This document shows positions 1 to 10,341 of a stretch of DNA of 64,000 bases, one piece after another; positions within the stretch are counted from its first letter, which is position 1, and the number at the start of each line of letters is the position of its first letter. Source of the DNA: an uncultured Acidobacteriota bacterium. GTDB taxonomy: Bacteria > Acidobacteriota > UBA6911. The stretch lies in assembly GCA_963827655.1 (NCBI GenBank), contig CAWHCF010000010.1:192001-256000 (forward strand), given 5' to 3'. Under the pieces are notes generated by a model. That model was not told the origin of the DNA, did not search any database, and worked only from the letters and a program-made list of their open reading frames with translations. The translations under genes were made by a program, and so were the position numbers.

Positions 1-751
1 TGCCGATAACTCCACCCTTCTCGGCCAGGGCGCGGATTTGGGCGTCGGTCTTGTTCCGCTCCGTCGAGAGAAGCGCGCGGCAGCCCGCATGGGTGAAAGC
101 GCACGGTCGCTTCGAGAAGCGAATAGCATCGAAGGTCGTTTGTTCGCCGCAGTGCGACAGATCCACCAGGATCCGCAATTCGTTCATAGCTTCGACAACC
201 TGGAGGCCGAAGTCGCTCAGGCCGCCGTTTACCCTGTCGACATAGCCATCGCCGACAAAGTTGCGGCTGTTGTGCGTCAATTGGATCACGCGCACGCCAA
301 GATCGTAAAACAGGCGCAGGCGGTGGAGATCGCGCTCAAGAGGATAGGCATCCTGAAACAGGTAAACCAGGGCATGTTTTCCGGTCTTTTTGGCGGTCAA
401 AATATCGCGGGCGCAGTCGGCCCGCATCAGTAAATCCTTGCCGCGTGCAATCGATTCATTCCAGAGGGCGAGGCTACGAATGCAATCGTCGAAGCTGCGA
501 CCCCTGGGCGTGATGGAAACATCATAGAACGCATACGTCATGCCCGAGTCCCGGATTGCATTCAGAGTCAGGGCGTCAAGATTCGAAGAGTAGTCTTCGG
601 TGTATACCAGCGAATCTCCGGAAATCGACTTTCGGTAAAGGGTTTCTACTTCTTCGGGCGTGTAAGAGGCGGACTCGGGAAAACCGGCGCCCGGAACCAC
701 CAGGGCTGCGCCGGCCGCGCGGCACAAGAAATCCCTCCGGGTTAATGCCAT
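1..751 (-). CDS. Membrane dipeptidase family M19 (renal dipeptidase-like), Tat-exported; 3' end runs off the window
   Basis: Manual translation from ATG at 751: MALTRRDFL (twin-Arg) ... FYDLGVRVIQLTHN ... GLSDFGLQVVEAMNELRILVDLSHCGEQT ... FTHAGCRAL ... RNKTDAQIRALAEKGGVIG, typical M19 motifs. Not in the supplied ORF track. Confidence 0.88.
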   Translation of the reverse strand, partial: MALTRRDFLCRAAGAALVVPGAGFPESASYTPEEVETLYRKSISGDSLVYTEDYSSNLDALTLNAIRDSGMTYAFYDVSITPRGRSFDDCIRSLALWNESIARGKDLLMRADCARDILTAKKTGKHALVYLFQDAYPLERDLHRLRLFYDLGVRVIQLTHNSRNFVGDGYVDRVNGGLSDFGLQVVEAMNELRILVDLSHCGEQTTFDAIRFSKRPCAFTHAGCRALLSTERNKTDAQIRALAEKGGVIG

Positions 752-752
752 G

Positions 753-1070
753 TTACTCCTTCTTCTTAAAAAGATCCTCGAAACGAGCTCGCGCGTCATC
801 TGCGGATGAAGGCCGGCTGATTCCGGAACGGGCGCCTCGGCGGGGCTCGAAGTAGTCGCAGAAATTCGCTCGATCTTTGTCGCGAACCCATTCGGCCTGG
901 GGCTCATTGCATTCGTTGTGCGCCGAGCGATTGTAGAGGCGGCAATTCAGGCAAGAGTGCAGGTCGGCGTCGCACTTCGGGCACGTGTCCTTGCGTCCGA
1001 TGCGGTCCTTGATCGGATACGCCGTTCCGCATTTGAAGCAATGCAACAAGGATTCAGATTGCGATGACAT
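753..1070 (-). CDS. Small Cys-rich (zinc-ribbon-like) hypothetical protein
   Basis: CFKC, CPKC, CLNC plus two more Cys in 105 aa; ATG at 1070 chosen because the upstream extension lies in a repeat element. Confidence 0.75.
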   Translation of the reverse strand: MSSQSESLLHCFKCGTAYPIKDRIGRKDTCPKCDADLHSCLNCRLYNRSAHNECNEPQAEWVRDKDRANFCDYFEPRRGARSGISRPSSADDARARFEDLFKKKE

Positions 1071-1094
1071 AATCCACCGCCCAGAATGATGCCG

Positions 1095-1165
1095 CGCCTT
1101 CGCGCCTTTGTGGTTAGTGCGGCCGCACCAAAAGTCCACCACTAAGACTCAAAGACTCGAAGAAA
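1095..1165. repeat. 9-nt-periodic palindromic intergenic repeat (family B)
   Basis: CTTCGCGCCTTTGTGGTTAG ... CCACTAAGACTCAAAGACTCGAAGAAA, related to copies at 4226, 14460, 20000, 23683 and 30705. Confidence 0.7.
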
Positions 1166-1172
1166 GTCAATG

Positions 1173-2076
1173 CTACTTTATTGTCCTCGGCGATCGCTTC
1201 TTGTGGAAGCCCTGAAATTCGTAGGTCGCTCCCACTGCGACGCCCGAATCGGGGTCGAATTGCTTCAGGCCGGCTATGGCGGCCAGATCCCACTGGAGCC
1301 CTGCGGCAAGGAACTGCGCTCCCAGTCGAATCTGGGATTGGCTCTCATTCCCCACTCGATCCGGCCCCTGCCGGCCATGAACTTCCGCGAAGACGGCCAC
1401 GCGCCGGTGAACCGGAGTGACAAAGGCGAGGCCGTACGTGAGCAGGTCTGCCTGAGCGCCGGGCGTCACGGCTGAGCCGAGTATGGCCAACCCCAGATTG
1501 CCGAGCAACTGAACTCGCCCCACGCGTTTCGAGAGCAGCACGCTTGAGAAAAAATTGGTTTCGTCCGTTCCCAGGCCGCTTTTCGTTGCTGGCGTTTGGC
1601 AGCTGGACGGCGAACTTGAGGCCCAGCGCGGGCCGCCGGTTCCCTTCACGCGCAAACCTTAGTCTCGTAGCCAGGATAAGATCCCCAACATCGCTGGTTG
1701 CATTACCTGCAAAATCGGGCGCGATTACCGGTGGATACCGTCGGGAGACGGAAAGGAAATCCTGCACCACGCCCGAAACTTCAAAGTCTGCGTACTCCCC
1801 AACGCCAAAGCGCAAGCTGGCAACTCCGACGCGCGTCAAATCGCCTTCCAGTCCAGATAATGAGTACCGCTGCCCCTGCAGAAACTCCACTCCAAATTCG
1901 AGGCGTATTCGACCGAGCTCGAGTAGATCGGTATCTTCGGTTTTGAGGGATCGCTGCTGGGCCGGAAGAGATTCACAAAAAATCCAGGACACAAGTGCCC
2001 AGACACAGACTGCTGTGACGGGTCGTGTCCTTCTGGAGGTGTATGTACGGGACCGCTTGAAGTCCCCGAAAGTCAC
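1173..2076 (-). CDS. Putative outer-membrane beta-barrel (transporter-like) protein, one frameshift near 1581
   Basis: GTG start overlaps the rsmE stop; signal peptide ending ESLPA|QQ; alternating beta-strand pattern. ORFs 1345..2298 and 1173..1655 join (PNASNE/SGLGTDETNF) if one A is removed from an A-run. Confidence 0.7.
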
Positions 2077-2831
2077 GCCGTCTCCCCTCTTTGAGCAGTA
2101 CCGAGGCCACCACCTTGAAATTGGAGGATCGCCAGTGCCGCCACGGCGGCCGTTTCCGTGCGTAGTATCCTGGGACCCAGGTTGCGAATCTGGTAACCGG
2201 CTCGGTCCGCCGCCTCCACTTCGGCTTGATCCCAACCACCCTCCGGACCGATACAAACGACGAATCGAGCCGAGCGGCCGAAGGTGCTTCCCCAGCATTC
2301 TGGCGACTTCTCGTCAAAAAACAACCTGGCTGAATTGGGAAATTCTTTACCGGTGAGGAAGTCGAGCACCTGACGGGCTTGATGAATTCTGGGTATGGAG
2401 ACGCGGCCGCACTGTTTCGAGGCTTCCTGGACGATGCGGCGCCACCGTTCCATACTCGCTTGGAGCTTGTCCTCGGTGAGGCGGACGGGAGAAAAACGCG
2501 CCTGGAGGGGCACGATCTCCTGAACGCCCAATTCCGTTGTCTTTTGTAAGGCCCACGCGAACCGATCGGGCTTCGCCAACGCCAGCGCCAGAACGACGTG
2601 GACCGGTGATTCCGTGGCGGCTTCGATCCTTTGCAGGGAGCCAACAACTAATTCGGAGCCGGACGCTTCCACCCTGCCAACGTAACCGTTTCCCTCGCCG
2701 TCGAAAATCTCGACCTGATCGCCTGGCCGGAGCCTCAGGACATCGCGCAGGTGATGGATCTGATCGAAGGAAAGCCGGGCAACCCCGTCGCGTATCTTGT
2801 CGAGGGGAACGAAGAATCGTCTTCGGGTCAT
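2073..2831 (-). CDS. rsmE: 16S rRNA m3U1498 methyltransferase
   Basis: HHLRDVLRLRPGD, QKTTELGV, IGPEGGW, LGPRILRTETA motifs; downstream of dnaJ. Confidence 0.95.
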   Translation of the reverse strand: MTRRRFFVPLDKIRDGVARLSFDQIHHLRDVLRLRPGDQVEIFDGEGNGYVGRVEASGSELVVGSLQRIEAATESPVHVVLALALAKPDRFAWALQKTTELGVQEIVPLQARFSPVRLTEDKLQASMERWRRIVQEASKQCGRVSIPRIHQARQVLDFLTGKEFPNSARLFFDEKSPECWGSTFGRSARFVVCIGPEGGWDQAEVEAADRAGYQIRNLGPRILRTETAAVAALAILQFQGGGLGTAQRGETA

Positions 2832-2839
2832 GGGTTCTA

Positions 2840-3952
2840 CTACCCGAAGATATCTTTTACCTTGTCGAACAGGTTTCGTTCCTGTGAGAGTTCGTCGTCC
2901 TTGCTTACTCGGGCAAGGTCTTCGAAAAGCTGTCGCTGCTCTTTGGTGAGCTTGGTGGGAATTGCGACGTTTACAGCGACGAACTGGTCGCCGTGGCCGC
3001 GCTCGCCGAGACTCACGATCCCTTTATTGCGAAGCCGGAATACCGACCCGGTTTGGGTTCCTGCGGGAATCTTGAGTTTTTCGTCACCTTCCAGCGTGGG
3101 GACAATGATCTCGCCGCCCAACACAGCCTGGGTGATGGCAATGGGCACCTGGCAATAAATATTGTTCCCCTGCCGCTGAAAGAAATCATGCTCTTCTACG
3201 TAGATCACGACGTAAAGGTCCCCAGGCGGCCCCCCCTGGGTGCCGGCCTCTCCCTCGTTCTGGATGCGCAGCTTGGCGCCGTTGTCCACACCCGCTGGAA
3301 TCTTGATCTCGAGGACCTTTTCTTTTTGGACGCGCCCGCGTCCCTGGCAGTTTTCGCACGGATCTCGAATAATCTTGCCGCCGCCCTGGCATTGGCTGCA
3401 GGTTCGGCTGATCGAGAAGAAGCCCTGCTGGTAGCGGACCTGGCCGGTTCCGTGGCAAACCTGGCAGATGACAGGCTGTTTTCCCTTGGCGGTTCCCCGC
3501 CCCTCGCAGCTCGAGCAAGTATCCTGCCGCGGGATCTTGACCTTGGTCCTGAGTCCGAAGGCCGCCTCACGAAAGGAAATCTTTAAATCGTAGCGCAGGT
3601 CCGCGCCCCGGTCCGGACCCCCGCGCCGGCGTGCGCCAAAGATGTCGCCGAAGCCGAAGAACTCTCCCAGGATATCACCGAAATCGCCGAAGGTGGCCGG
3701 GTCAAACCCGGTAAAACCGCCTTGCATGCCGCCGTGCCCGAAGCGATCGTAACGGGACCGCTTTTCCTGATCGCTCAAGACGGAATATGCTTCAGCAGCC
3801 TCCTTGAACTTTTCTTCCGCCTCCTTCTGGTTTGGATTCTTGTCCGGGTGATATCTAATGGCGAGTTTCCGGTAAGCGCTCTTGATCTCCTGGTCGCTGG
3901 CGTTCTGATGGACGCCCAATACCTCGTAGTAGTCTCGTTTATGATTCATCAA
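2840..3952 (-). CDS. dnaJ: Molecular chaperone DnaJ
   Basis: J-domain with HPD, G/F-rich linker, four CxxCxGxG repeats. Confidence 0.98.
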   Translation of the reverse strand: MMNHKRDYYEVLGVHQNASDQEIKSAYRKLAIRYHPDKNPNQKEAEEKFKEAAEAYSVLSDQEKRSRYDRFGHGGMQGGFTGFDPATFGDFGDILGEFFGFGDIFGARRRGGPDRGADLRYDLKISFREAAFGLRTKVKIPRQDTCSSCEGRGTAKGKQPVICQVCHGTGQVRYQQGFFSISRTCSQCQGGGKIIRDPCENCQGRGRVQKEKVLEIKIPAGVDNGAKLRIQNEGEAGTQGGPPGDLYVVIYVEEHDFFQRQGNNIYCQVPIAITQAVLGGEIIVPTLEGDEKLKIPAGTQTGSVFRLRNKGIVSLGERGHGDQFVAVNVAIPTKLTKEQRQLFEDLARVSKDDELSQERNLFDKVKDIFG

Positions 3953-3991
3953 TGTGAACTCCGCGCACGCTGCGTGGCTGCGACATCGTAA

Positions 3992-4020
3992 AGTATGTGA
4001 TCTGGTTTGTTATCTTGCAA
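3992..4020 (-). promoter_or_regulatory. Putative sigma70-type promoter of dnaJ
   Basis: Minus strand TTGCAA-N17-CATACT about 40 nt upstream of dnaJ; a second candidate TTGACA-N17/18-TTAAAA at 4154-4184. Confidence 0.5.
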
Positions 4021-4225
4021 TCTCGCGCTCTCAATTCGCGCAGGGCAACGTGCCGGCTTTTGGGTCGCGCCTGGCCATGCCATCCATTCGACGCCAGCAA
4101 CCCATTCATTTTAGACATGTTGTATTGTTTTGAGCGCCTTATGGGAAGCGGTTATTTTTAACATTTCCGGATGAACTGTGTCAAGAAATCCAGCCAAACC
4201 GGTCGATCGCAAGGCCTCGGGGGTT

Positions 4226-4291
4226 CCTGGAGTCTTCGTGGTTAGCGCTGCGAAATACCACTAGGACGCAAGGACACGAAGAAACACCAGG
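4226..4291. repeat. Family B palindromic intergenic repeat
   Basis: GTCTTCGTGGTTAGCGCTGCGAAATACCACTAGGACGCAAGGACACGAAGAAACACCAGG; core nearly identical to 23683 and 30705. Confidence 0.85.
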
Positions 4292-4302
4292 TGCTTGTTC
4301 GC

Positions 4303-4899
4303 TTAATCTTTGGGCGGTGTTGCGACCTTTACCTGCGCAGGACGAAGGAGACGGCCTTTGAAGAGATACCCGCGCTGCAATTCCTCGACGATGGTGTTTT
4401 CCTCGTACTCGTCGCTCTCTTCGCGGACCACGGCTTCATGAAGATGAGGATCGAATTTCTCGCCGCGAACTTCCATGGCAGTTACGCCGATTCGAGACAA
4501 CGCATCGTTGAGCTGCTTGTAAAGGAGCTGGAACCCCTGGCGGTATTGATCAAGGCCCTCGACGGTCTCAGTGGCTTCGGGGAAACTGCTAAGAGCCCTT
4601 TCACAAGCATCGACAATGGGAAGAATCTCGGACAGTACCGAACTCTTTGCCAGTGTGGCGGACTCGGTTCTTTCCTTTTCGGTTCGCTTGCGAAAATTCT
4701 CAAATTCAGCTGCTTTGCGCAGATAGCGGTCGTGCCAATCTTTGGTTTCACTCCTGGCGGCGGCGAGGTCCGCCTGAAGTTGGGCCGAAGCGTCCGCCGC
4801 TTCTGACGGGCTTGTCGCCGGACTCTCTTCAGTAGTAGTTGGCCCCTCAGGAGGAGGTCCGCCGGATTCGGAGGGGCGTCGAAAGAGTTTCCACGTCAT
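4303..4899 (-). CDS. grpE: Nucleotide exchange factor GrpE
   Basis: AEFENFRKR, FDPHLHEAV, LQRGYLFKGRLLRPAQVKV. Confidence 0.97.
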   Translation of the reverse strand: MTWKLFRRPSESGGPPPEGPTTTEESPATSPSEAADASAQLQADLAAARSETKDWHDRYLRKAAEFENFRKRTEKERTESATLAKSSVLSEILPIVDACERALSSFPEATETVEGLDQYRQGFQLLYKQLNDALSRIGVTAMEVRGEKFDPHLHEAVVREESDEYEENTIVEELQRGYLFKGRLLRPAQVKVATPPKD

Positions 4900-4918
4900 G
4901 CTTTTAGCGCCCCTTCCA

Positions 4919-5010
4919 ATTGCAGATTGCGGATTGCAGATTGCGGATTGTTTTTATTGATCAATTGCTGCATCCCTGTAATCGCAATCCAAAATCCGAA
5001 ATCCGCAATC
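4919..5010. repeat. Inverted heptamer array (family A, GATTGC[AG] variant)
   Basis: (GATTGCA/G)n left arm and (AATCCGC/AATCCGA/AATCCAA)n right arm around a roughly 30-nt spacer, between hrcA and grpE. Confidence 0.85.
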
Positions 5011-5074
5011 GGGTCGCTCGTGTCTCGCCCAGGAGCTTGGGGGAACTGCAGAACATCTATTTCCTCGCGAACCC

Positions 5075-6175
5075 TCAGGAGACCTGATTGCCCAGCACCC
5101 GCCCGAACAATCTGGCTACATAGTCCACAAGAGATATGGCGCGCCCGTATTCCATTCGGGTGGGACCTAAGATTCCGAGTGAGCCGTGGGTTTTCTCATC
5201 CACCACGTAGCGGGAGGTGATAATGGTACAGTCTTCAATCGCCGGAAGGGCGTTTTCAGCTCCGATTGTGATTCGAACCTCTTGAGTGTCTCCCTTGATG
5301 CACTCCGAAATCAGCGACGCCAGACGGCTCTTCTCTTCGATCGTTTCGAAGAGCGTTCGCATCCGGTTGATATCGGAGAATTCCGGATTCTTGATCAGGT
5401 TCGACGCGCCTTCCAGGTAGATTTCCGAGTGGACGTCGTCTGAAGCTTCGGCGAACGTCTGGGTGCTCAAGACAATCACTCGCTGCATGAATTTATCGTA
5501 AAGGGCTCGGTCCTGTTTGATCATTTGCAGGATCAGAGCCCTGATTTCCATAAGAGTCTTGTCCTTGAAACGTTCGATGATAAAACGCGCGGCCTGATCA
5601 AGTTCTGTCTGGGAAAAATCCTGTCTGACATGAATCACGCGGTTTTGAACGATCCCCGAGCGAGACACCAGAATCACCAGAATCCTATCGTCCGTCAATT
5701 GGACAAACTGAATATATTGGAGAGCCACGAGGCTGATCGGGGGAGAGACCACGATCCCCAGGCTGTTGGATACGCGCGACAAGACGTTACTGGTCCGTGC
5801 CATCAGGTGTTCGGCACTGTCGTCGGGACGTAAGTTCCGGTCGACGATATCGCGGTCGCGCGCCGATATTTCGGTCCGCTTCAGCATGTAATCGACGTAA
5901 AACCGGTATGCCTTATCGGTGGGAACTCGGCCGGCCGACGCATGGGGCTGTTTCAGGTAGCCCATTTCTTCCAGGTCGGCCATGATGTTCCGCACCGTGG
6001 CCGCGCTCAGATGTTCCCGGCTGTGACGCGCAATTTTCCTCGATCCGACCGGCTTTCTGGTCGAAACAAACGTGGAGATGACCCACTCCAGAATCTCCCG
6101 TGAGCGCTCGTTGAGGGTAAAGTGCTCGTTAGCCTGAATTCTCATACCTGCTTTCTCGCGCCCAGCGTCGGACAC
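5075..6175 (-). CDS. hrcA: Heat-inducible transcription repressor HrcA (start may be ATG at 6145)
   Basis: PVGSRKI, SAATVRNIMADLEEMGYLKQPHASAGRVPTDKAYRFYVD, GILGPTRMEY. Confidence 0.97.
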   Translation of the reverse strand: MSDAGREKAGMRIQANEHFTLNERSREILEWVISTFVSTRKPVGSRKIARHSREHLSAATVRNIMADLEEMGYLKQPHASAGRVPTDKAYRFYVDYMLKRTEISARDRDIVDRNLRPDDSAEHLMARTSNVLSRVSNSLGIVVSPPISLVALQYIQFVQLTDDRILVILVSRSGIVQNRVIHVRQDFSQTELDQAARFIIERFKDKTLMEIRALILQMIKQDRALYDKFMQRVIVLSTQTFAEASDDVHSEIYLEGASNLIKNPEFSDINRMRTLFETIEEKSRLASLISECIKGDTQEVRITIGAENALPAIEDCTIITSRYVVDEKTHGSLGILGPTRMEYGRAISLVDYVARLFGRVLGNQVS

Positions 6176-6216
6176 GAGACCAGCTTGAAAAGAGCCCGAA
6201 ATCTACTGATTACCGG

Positions 6217-6246
6217 ATTTTATAGTACAGGCCGAGGCAAAGTCAA
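6217..6246 (-). promoter_or_regulatory. Putative sigma70 promoter of hrcA-grpE
   Basis: Minus strand TTGACT-N18-TAAAAT. Confidence 0.55.
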
Positions 6247-6293
6247 ATCGTGCTCGAGCGGACCTGACCGGCAGGACGCCAGACACCAGGCTT

Positions 6294-7406
6294 TCAAAGC
6301 AGGGAGTCAATAGGGGTCTCGGGAAGCTCCTGGGCCTGGGCTACGGGCTTGCACGTGACGTGACCCCGGTAGACATTCACCCCCTGTTTCAGGGCAGGGT
6401 CCTTTCGTACTGCGTGCGCTAATCCGAGGCCCGCAAGGCGGCGCGCATAGGGGAGCGTAACGTTGGTTAAGGCGAAAGTGGAGGTCCTTGGAACCGCTCC
6501 GGGCATATTGGCGACACAGTAATGCACGACTCCGTCGACTATAAAAATCGGGTCGCTGTGGGTCGTGGGGCGAGTTGTCTCCAGGCACCCACCCTGATCA
6601 ACGGCCACGTCGACCACGACCGCTCCTTTTTGCATAGTCGAGATCATTCGCCGGCTGATGAGCTTGGGTGCTTCAGCTCCAACGATAAGAACGGCTCCGA
6701 TGAGAAGGTCGGCCTTCGCCACGGACTCCTCGATGTTGTAGGGGTTCGACATGAGGGTTTCAATCTGCCCGAAGAAGATATCGTCCAGATAGCGAAGGCG
6801 GTCAGCATCCAGGTCAATGATCGTCACTCGGGCACCCAGCCCCACGGCCATTTTGGCGGCATGTGTGCCAACCGTGCCGGCCCCGATGATAACCACGTTG
6901 GCCGGGGGCACGCCGGGCACGCCGCCCAGGAGTTCGCCTCGCCCTCCGTTCGGTTTTTGGAGATAGAAGGCGCCAACCTGAATGGACATCCGGCCCGCCA
7001 CCTCGCTCATCGGCGTGAGGAGAGGCAAGGAACCATTGGGTAATCGGATGGTTTCGTAAGCGATCCCTGTGACCTTCTTGTTGAGCAGCACCCTTGTCAG
7101 ATCGGGAGCCGGAGCAAGGTGCAGATAGGTAAAGAGAATTTGCTCGCTGCGGAGCATCTCGTACTCGGGACCTACAGGCTCCTTTACTTTGATGATCATC
7201 TCCGCGCGTTCATAAACCGTCGAAGCCGAGGAGACGATTTCGGCCCCCGCCGCGGCGTATTCGGCGTCAGCGATCCCGCTTTCTTCGCCGCTCTGCGTTT
7301 CCACCAATACCTTGTGGCCATCCTGTACCAGGGCATGCGCCCCGGCCGGGACCAGTCCCACGCGAGACTCGTTGTCTTTGATTTCCCTGGGAACTCCGAC
7401 AATCAT
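6294..7406 (-). CDS. ald: Alanine dehydrogenase
   Basis: [61 protein letters not shown]. Confidence 0.97.
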   Translation of the reverse strand: MIVGVPREIKDNESRVGLVPAGAHALVQDGHKVLVETQSGEESGIADAEYAAAGAEIVSSASTVYERAEMIIKVKEPVGPEYEMLRSEQILFTYLHLAPAPDLTRVLLNKKVTGIAYETIRLPNGSLPLLTPMSEVAGRMSIQVGAFYLQKPNGGRGELLGGVPGVPPANVVIIGAGTVGTHAAKMAVGLGARVTIIDLDADRLRYLDDIFFGQIETLMSNPYNIEESVAKADLLIGAVLIVGAEAPKLISRRMISTMQKGAVVVDVAVDQGGCLETTRPTTHSDPIFIVDGVVHYCVANMPGAVPRTSTFALTNVTLPYARRLAGLGLAHAVRKDPALKQGVNVYRGHVTCKPVAQAQELPETPIDSLL

Positions 7407-7409
7407 GCT

Positions 7410-8906
7410 CTACATGGCCTCAGTGTCAATCTGCGCCCTTTGCAACTTGCCGCTGTAATCAATGTAGATGGACTTCCATTCTGAGAAGGTATCCAGGGCT
7501 GCCTGCCCGGCTTCGCGATGGCCATTCCCAGTCTGTTTGGTGCCCCCGAAGGGAAGATGAACCTCCGCTCCAATGGTGGAAGCGTTGACATAGAAGATGC
7601 CGGTATTCATGTCTCGCATGGCCTGGAACGCGGCGTTGATATTCTGAGTGTAGATGGCGGACGACAGCCCGTAAACGACGCCGTTGCCGATCTCGATCGC
7701 GCTTTCAAGATCGTCGCAGGGAATAACTGAGACGACCGGGCCAAAGATTTCCTCCTGGGCAATTCGCATTCTGGGATCCACGTCGGCGAAGATCGTGGGC
7801 TCGTGGAAGAAACCCTTGGCATATTCCCCGTCGGAGAGTCGGCGGCCGCCGCAGACCAGCCTGGCGCCTTCATCTCGGCCGATCCTGACATATTCTTCGA
7901 CGGTCCGGAGTTGATTGTCACTGATCATCGGCCCCATTTCCGTCGAGGGATCCAAGCCATTCCCCACGCGAAGGGCTTTGGCGCGGCAAGAGAACTTTTC
8001 GAGGAATTCCGGATAGACGGTCTTGTGCACGACCACACGGCTTGCGGCCGTGCATCGCTGGCCGGAGGTTCCGAATCCTCCCCAGACGGCCCCATCTACG
8101 GCCAGGTCGAGCCTGGCATCATCCATCACGATGATGACGTTCTTGCCGCCCATTTCCAGGTGATGATGCTTGAAAGAGGGGGCGCATTCCCGGGCAACCT
8201 CGTGCCCCACTTCCGTGGAACCGGTGAATGAGACCAGCTTCACCTCCTTGTGGCGGATCAGGGGCAGACCGACCGCAGTCCCTGCACCTGTAACCAGGTT
8301 GACGACGCCGCGCGGAACTCCGGCGTCTTCGAGAACCTTGACCAGGTTGAGGGCGGAGTGAGGCGTGTCCGTGGCCGGCTTGATCACCGCGGTATTTCCG
8401 CAAACCAACGCGGGCATTATTTTCCACGACGGTATCGCCATGGGAAAATTCCACGGCGTTATCAGTCCGCACACTCCCACAGGCATTCGCATGGACATGG
8501 CGAACTTGTTCCTCAGCTCCGATGGGACGGTCTGTCCGAATTGCCGTCGACCCTCGCCCGCCATGTAGTAGCTCATATCGATGGCTTCCTGAGCATCGCC
8601 TCTGGTTTCAGTCAGGATTTTACCCATCTCTTGCGTCATCTGGCGCGCAAACTCTTCCTTGTGGCGCACGAGCATTTCGGCGGCGCGAAAGACGATCTCC
8701 GCGCGTCCTGGCGCCGGCACCAGGCTCCACGATTTGAGCGCGCGGGCGGCGGCGTCCACGGCCCTGTCGATATCCTCGGGTCCTGATCGCGGGAACAGCC
8801 CGAGCACCTGCTGGTGAAGCGCGGGATTCCGATTTTCATACGTGGCGCCGGAAGCGGCTGGCACCCACTCTCCGTCAATGAAGTTCTGGAAAACTGGCGT
8901 ACTCAT
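7410..8906 (-). CDS. Aldehyde dehydrogenase family protein
   Basis: [28 protein letters not shown] (catalytic Cys), EEIFGPV. Confidence 0.95.
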   Translation of the reverse strand: MSTPVFQNFIDGEWVPAASGATYENRNPALHQQVLGLFPRSGPEDIDRAVDAAARALKSWSLVPAPGRAEIVFRAAEMLVRHKEEFARQMTQEMGKILTETRGDAQEAIDMSYYMAGEGRRQFGQTVPSELRNKFAMSMRMPVGVCGLITPWNFPMAIPSWKIMPALVCGNTAVIKPATDTPHSALNLVKVLEDAGVPRGVVNLVTGAGTAVGLPLIRHKEVKLVSFTGSTEVGHEVARECAPSFKHHHLEMGGKNVIIVMDDARLDLAVDGAVWGGFGTSGQRCTAASRVVVHKTVYPEFLEKFSCRAKALRVGNGLDPSTEMGPMISDNQLRTVEEYVRIGRDEGARLVCGGRRLSDGEYAKGFFHEPTIFADVDPRMRIAQEEIFGPVVSVIPCDDLESAIEIGNGVVYGLSSAIYTQNINAAFQAMRDMNTGIFYVNASTIGAEVHLPFGGTKQTGNGHREAGQAALDTFSEWKSIYIDYSGKLQRAQIDTEAM

Positions 8907-8911
8907 GATGT

Positions 8912-9022
8912 CGATTTACGATTGACGATTTACGATTGACGATTGACGATTGTACGAACGACATGAGGTCATGCTTTCCATTCTTGTACAATCGTCAATC
9001 GTAAATCGTCAATCGTCAATCG
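8912..9022. repeat. Inverted heptamer array (family A) forming a long hairpin
   Basis: (CGATTGA/CGATTTA)x5-6 + GTAC, a loop of about 30 nt, then GTAC + (AATCGTC/AATCGTA)x5; fills the whole intergenic gap. Confidence 0.92.
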
Positions 9023-10231
9023 TTAGATTTGGTCCTTCAGCAGGTGCAGGAAGGTTCCGACATCGGTAACGATGCCCACAGTCTGAGAGGAGCCTCGATC
9101 GGAGAGCTTCGTCACCACGGCGGGGTTGATGTCGATGCAGATCGTCCGCACCCACGAGGGGATCATGTTGCCCGCGCCAATCCCGTGCAGCATCGTCCCC
9201 AGGATCATGATCAACTCGGCGTCCTTGAGCAGCTCGGCGTAGCGCGCTTGCGCTTCGATCATGTCGCAGATCGTCTCGGGCAGGGGGCCGTCATCTCGGA
9301 TGCTGCCGGCGAGCGCGAAGGGGATGCGATTCTTTATCAACTGGTACATGATGCCGGATTGGAGCGCGCCGGCCCCAACCGCCTGCTCGATTCCGCCGAA
9401 ATTATTGATGAGATTGATGGCGCGCATGTGGTTTCGATGTCCTTCGTGCGCCGGCATCCCCGTCTCCAAATGAACCCCGAGCGACGTCTTGTATAGCGCA
9501 TATTCGATATCATGGATGGCGATCGCATTCCCGCCGAGAAACGCCTGGATATAGCCGGCCTCAATCATCTTGGCCAACCCTTCCACTCCTCCGGTGTGCA
9601 CCACCACAGGTCCCGCGACCACCACGATCTTGCCGCCGGCGTCATGGGTGTGCCGGAGCATCTCGGCCAGCTGGCGCACAACCACTTCCACTCGGCGCTC
9701 GGAAGAGATCTCGCTGGCCATGAAGGTGAAGTCCTTCCGATCGCGATCCTTGTACTCCCGAACCACCTTGATTCCCGCATGGCCGCACACGACCGGGTCG
9801 CCCGTACGGATGTCGCGCAGCTTGACGCATCTCGGACCCTCGGAATCGATGCGGATAACCGCATCCATGCGCTGGTCGGCTACGAGCGTCCAGTTTCCTT
9901 CGTGGCGGACAAAGGTGCGAAAGTTTGTTGTGGAGTAAAAGTCGTCGGGGACCCGACCGGTTCCAAGCGCAGGGGCCAGGCGCGCGTCTTCCTCTTTGGT
10001 GAGGTAGCAGCCCAGGGGCACCAGGAGATCGAGTAACTCGCTCAGGGATTCTTGATGGGGAGACCGTATCTTTATGCGGGCTACAGACTCGTCGACATTG
10101 GTCTTGCCGACCTCGAATTTCTCGATCTTGAAGCTACACTTCTGTTCGATGATCCGATCGAGGATCTGAGACATGATCCCGGAATCGATCAGGTGTCCTT
10201 TGGCTTCAACAACCTGCTCGAAGGGAGTCAT
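9023..10231 (-). CDS. TIGR00300 (LOR/SDH) family protein; putative ornithine cyclodeaminase of the AgrE/ArgZ C-terminal type
   Basis: GHLIDSG, PDDFYSTTN, QRMDAVI, FMASEISSER, GPVVVHTGG, GNAIAIHDIE, LAGSIRDDGPLP, VVTKLSDRGS. Confidence 0.88.
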   Translation of the reverse strand: MTPFEQVVEAKGHLIDSGIMSQILDRIIEQKCSFKIEKFEVGKTNVDESVARIKIRSPHQESLSELLDLLVPLGCYLTKEEDARLAPALGTGRVPDDFYSTTNFRTFVRHEGNWTLVADQRMDAVIRIDSEGPRCVKLRDIRTGDPVVCGHAGIKVVREYKDRDRKDFTFMASEISSERRVEVVVRQLAEMLRHTHDAGGKIVVVAGPVVVHTGGVEGLAKMIEAGYIQAFLGGNAIAIHDIEYALYKTSLGVHLETGMPAHEGHRNHMRAINLINNFGGIEQAVGAGALQSGIMYQLIKNRIPFALAGSIRDDGPLPETICDMIEAQARYAELLKDAELIMILGTMLHGIGAGNMIPSWVRTICIDINPAVVTKLSDRGSSQTVGIVTDVGTFLHLLKDQI

Positions 10232-10341
10232 GTCCCGCCTCCGGCATTAACGAAGCGCCGCCGGCTCTACGCGTCTGGGTAGTGAGTTCTATGATCGCCC
10301 TTTGCCACGAAGACGCGAAGACGCAAACGCGCCGGGGCAGT

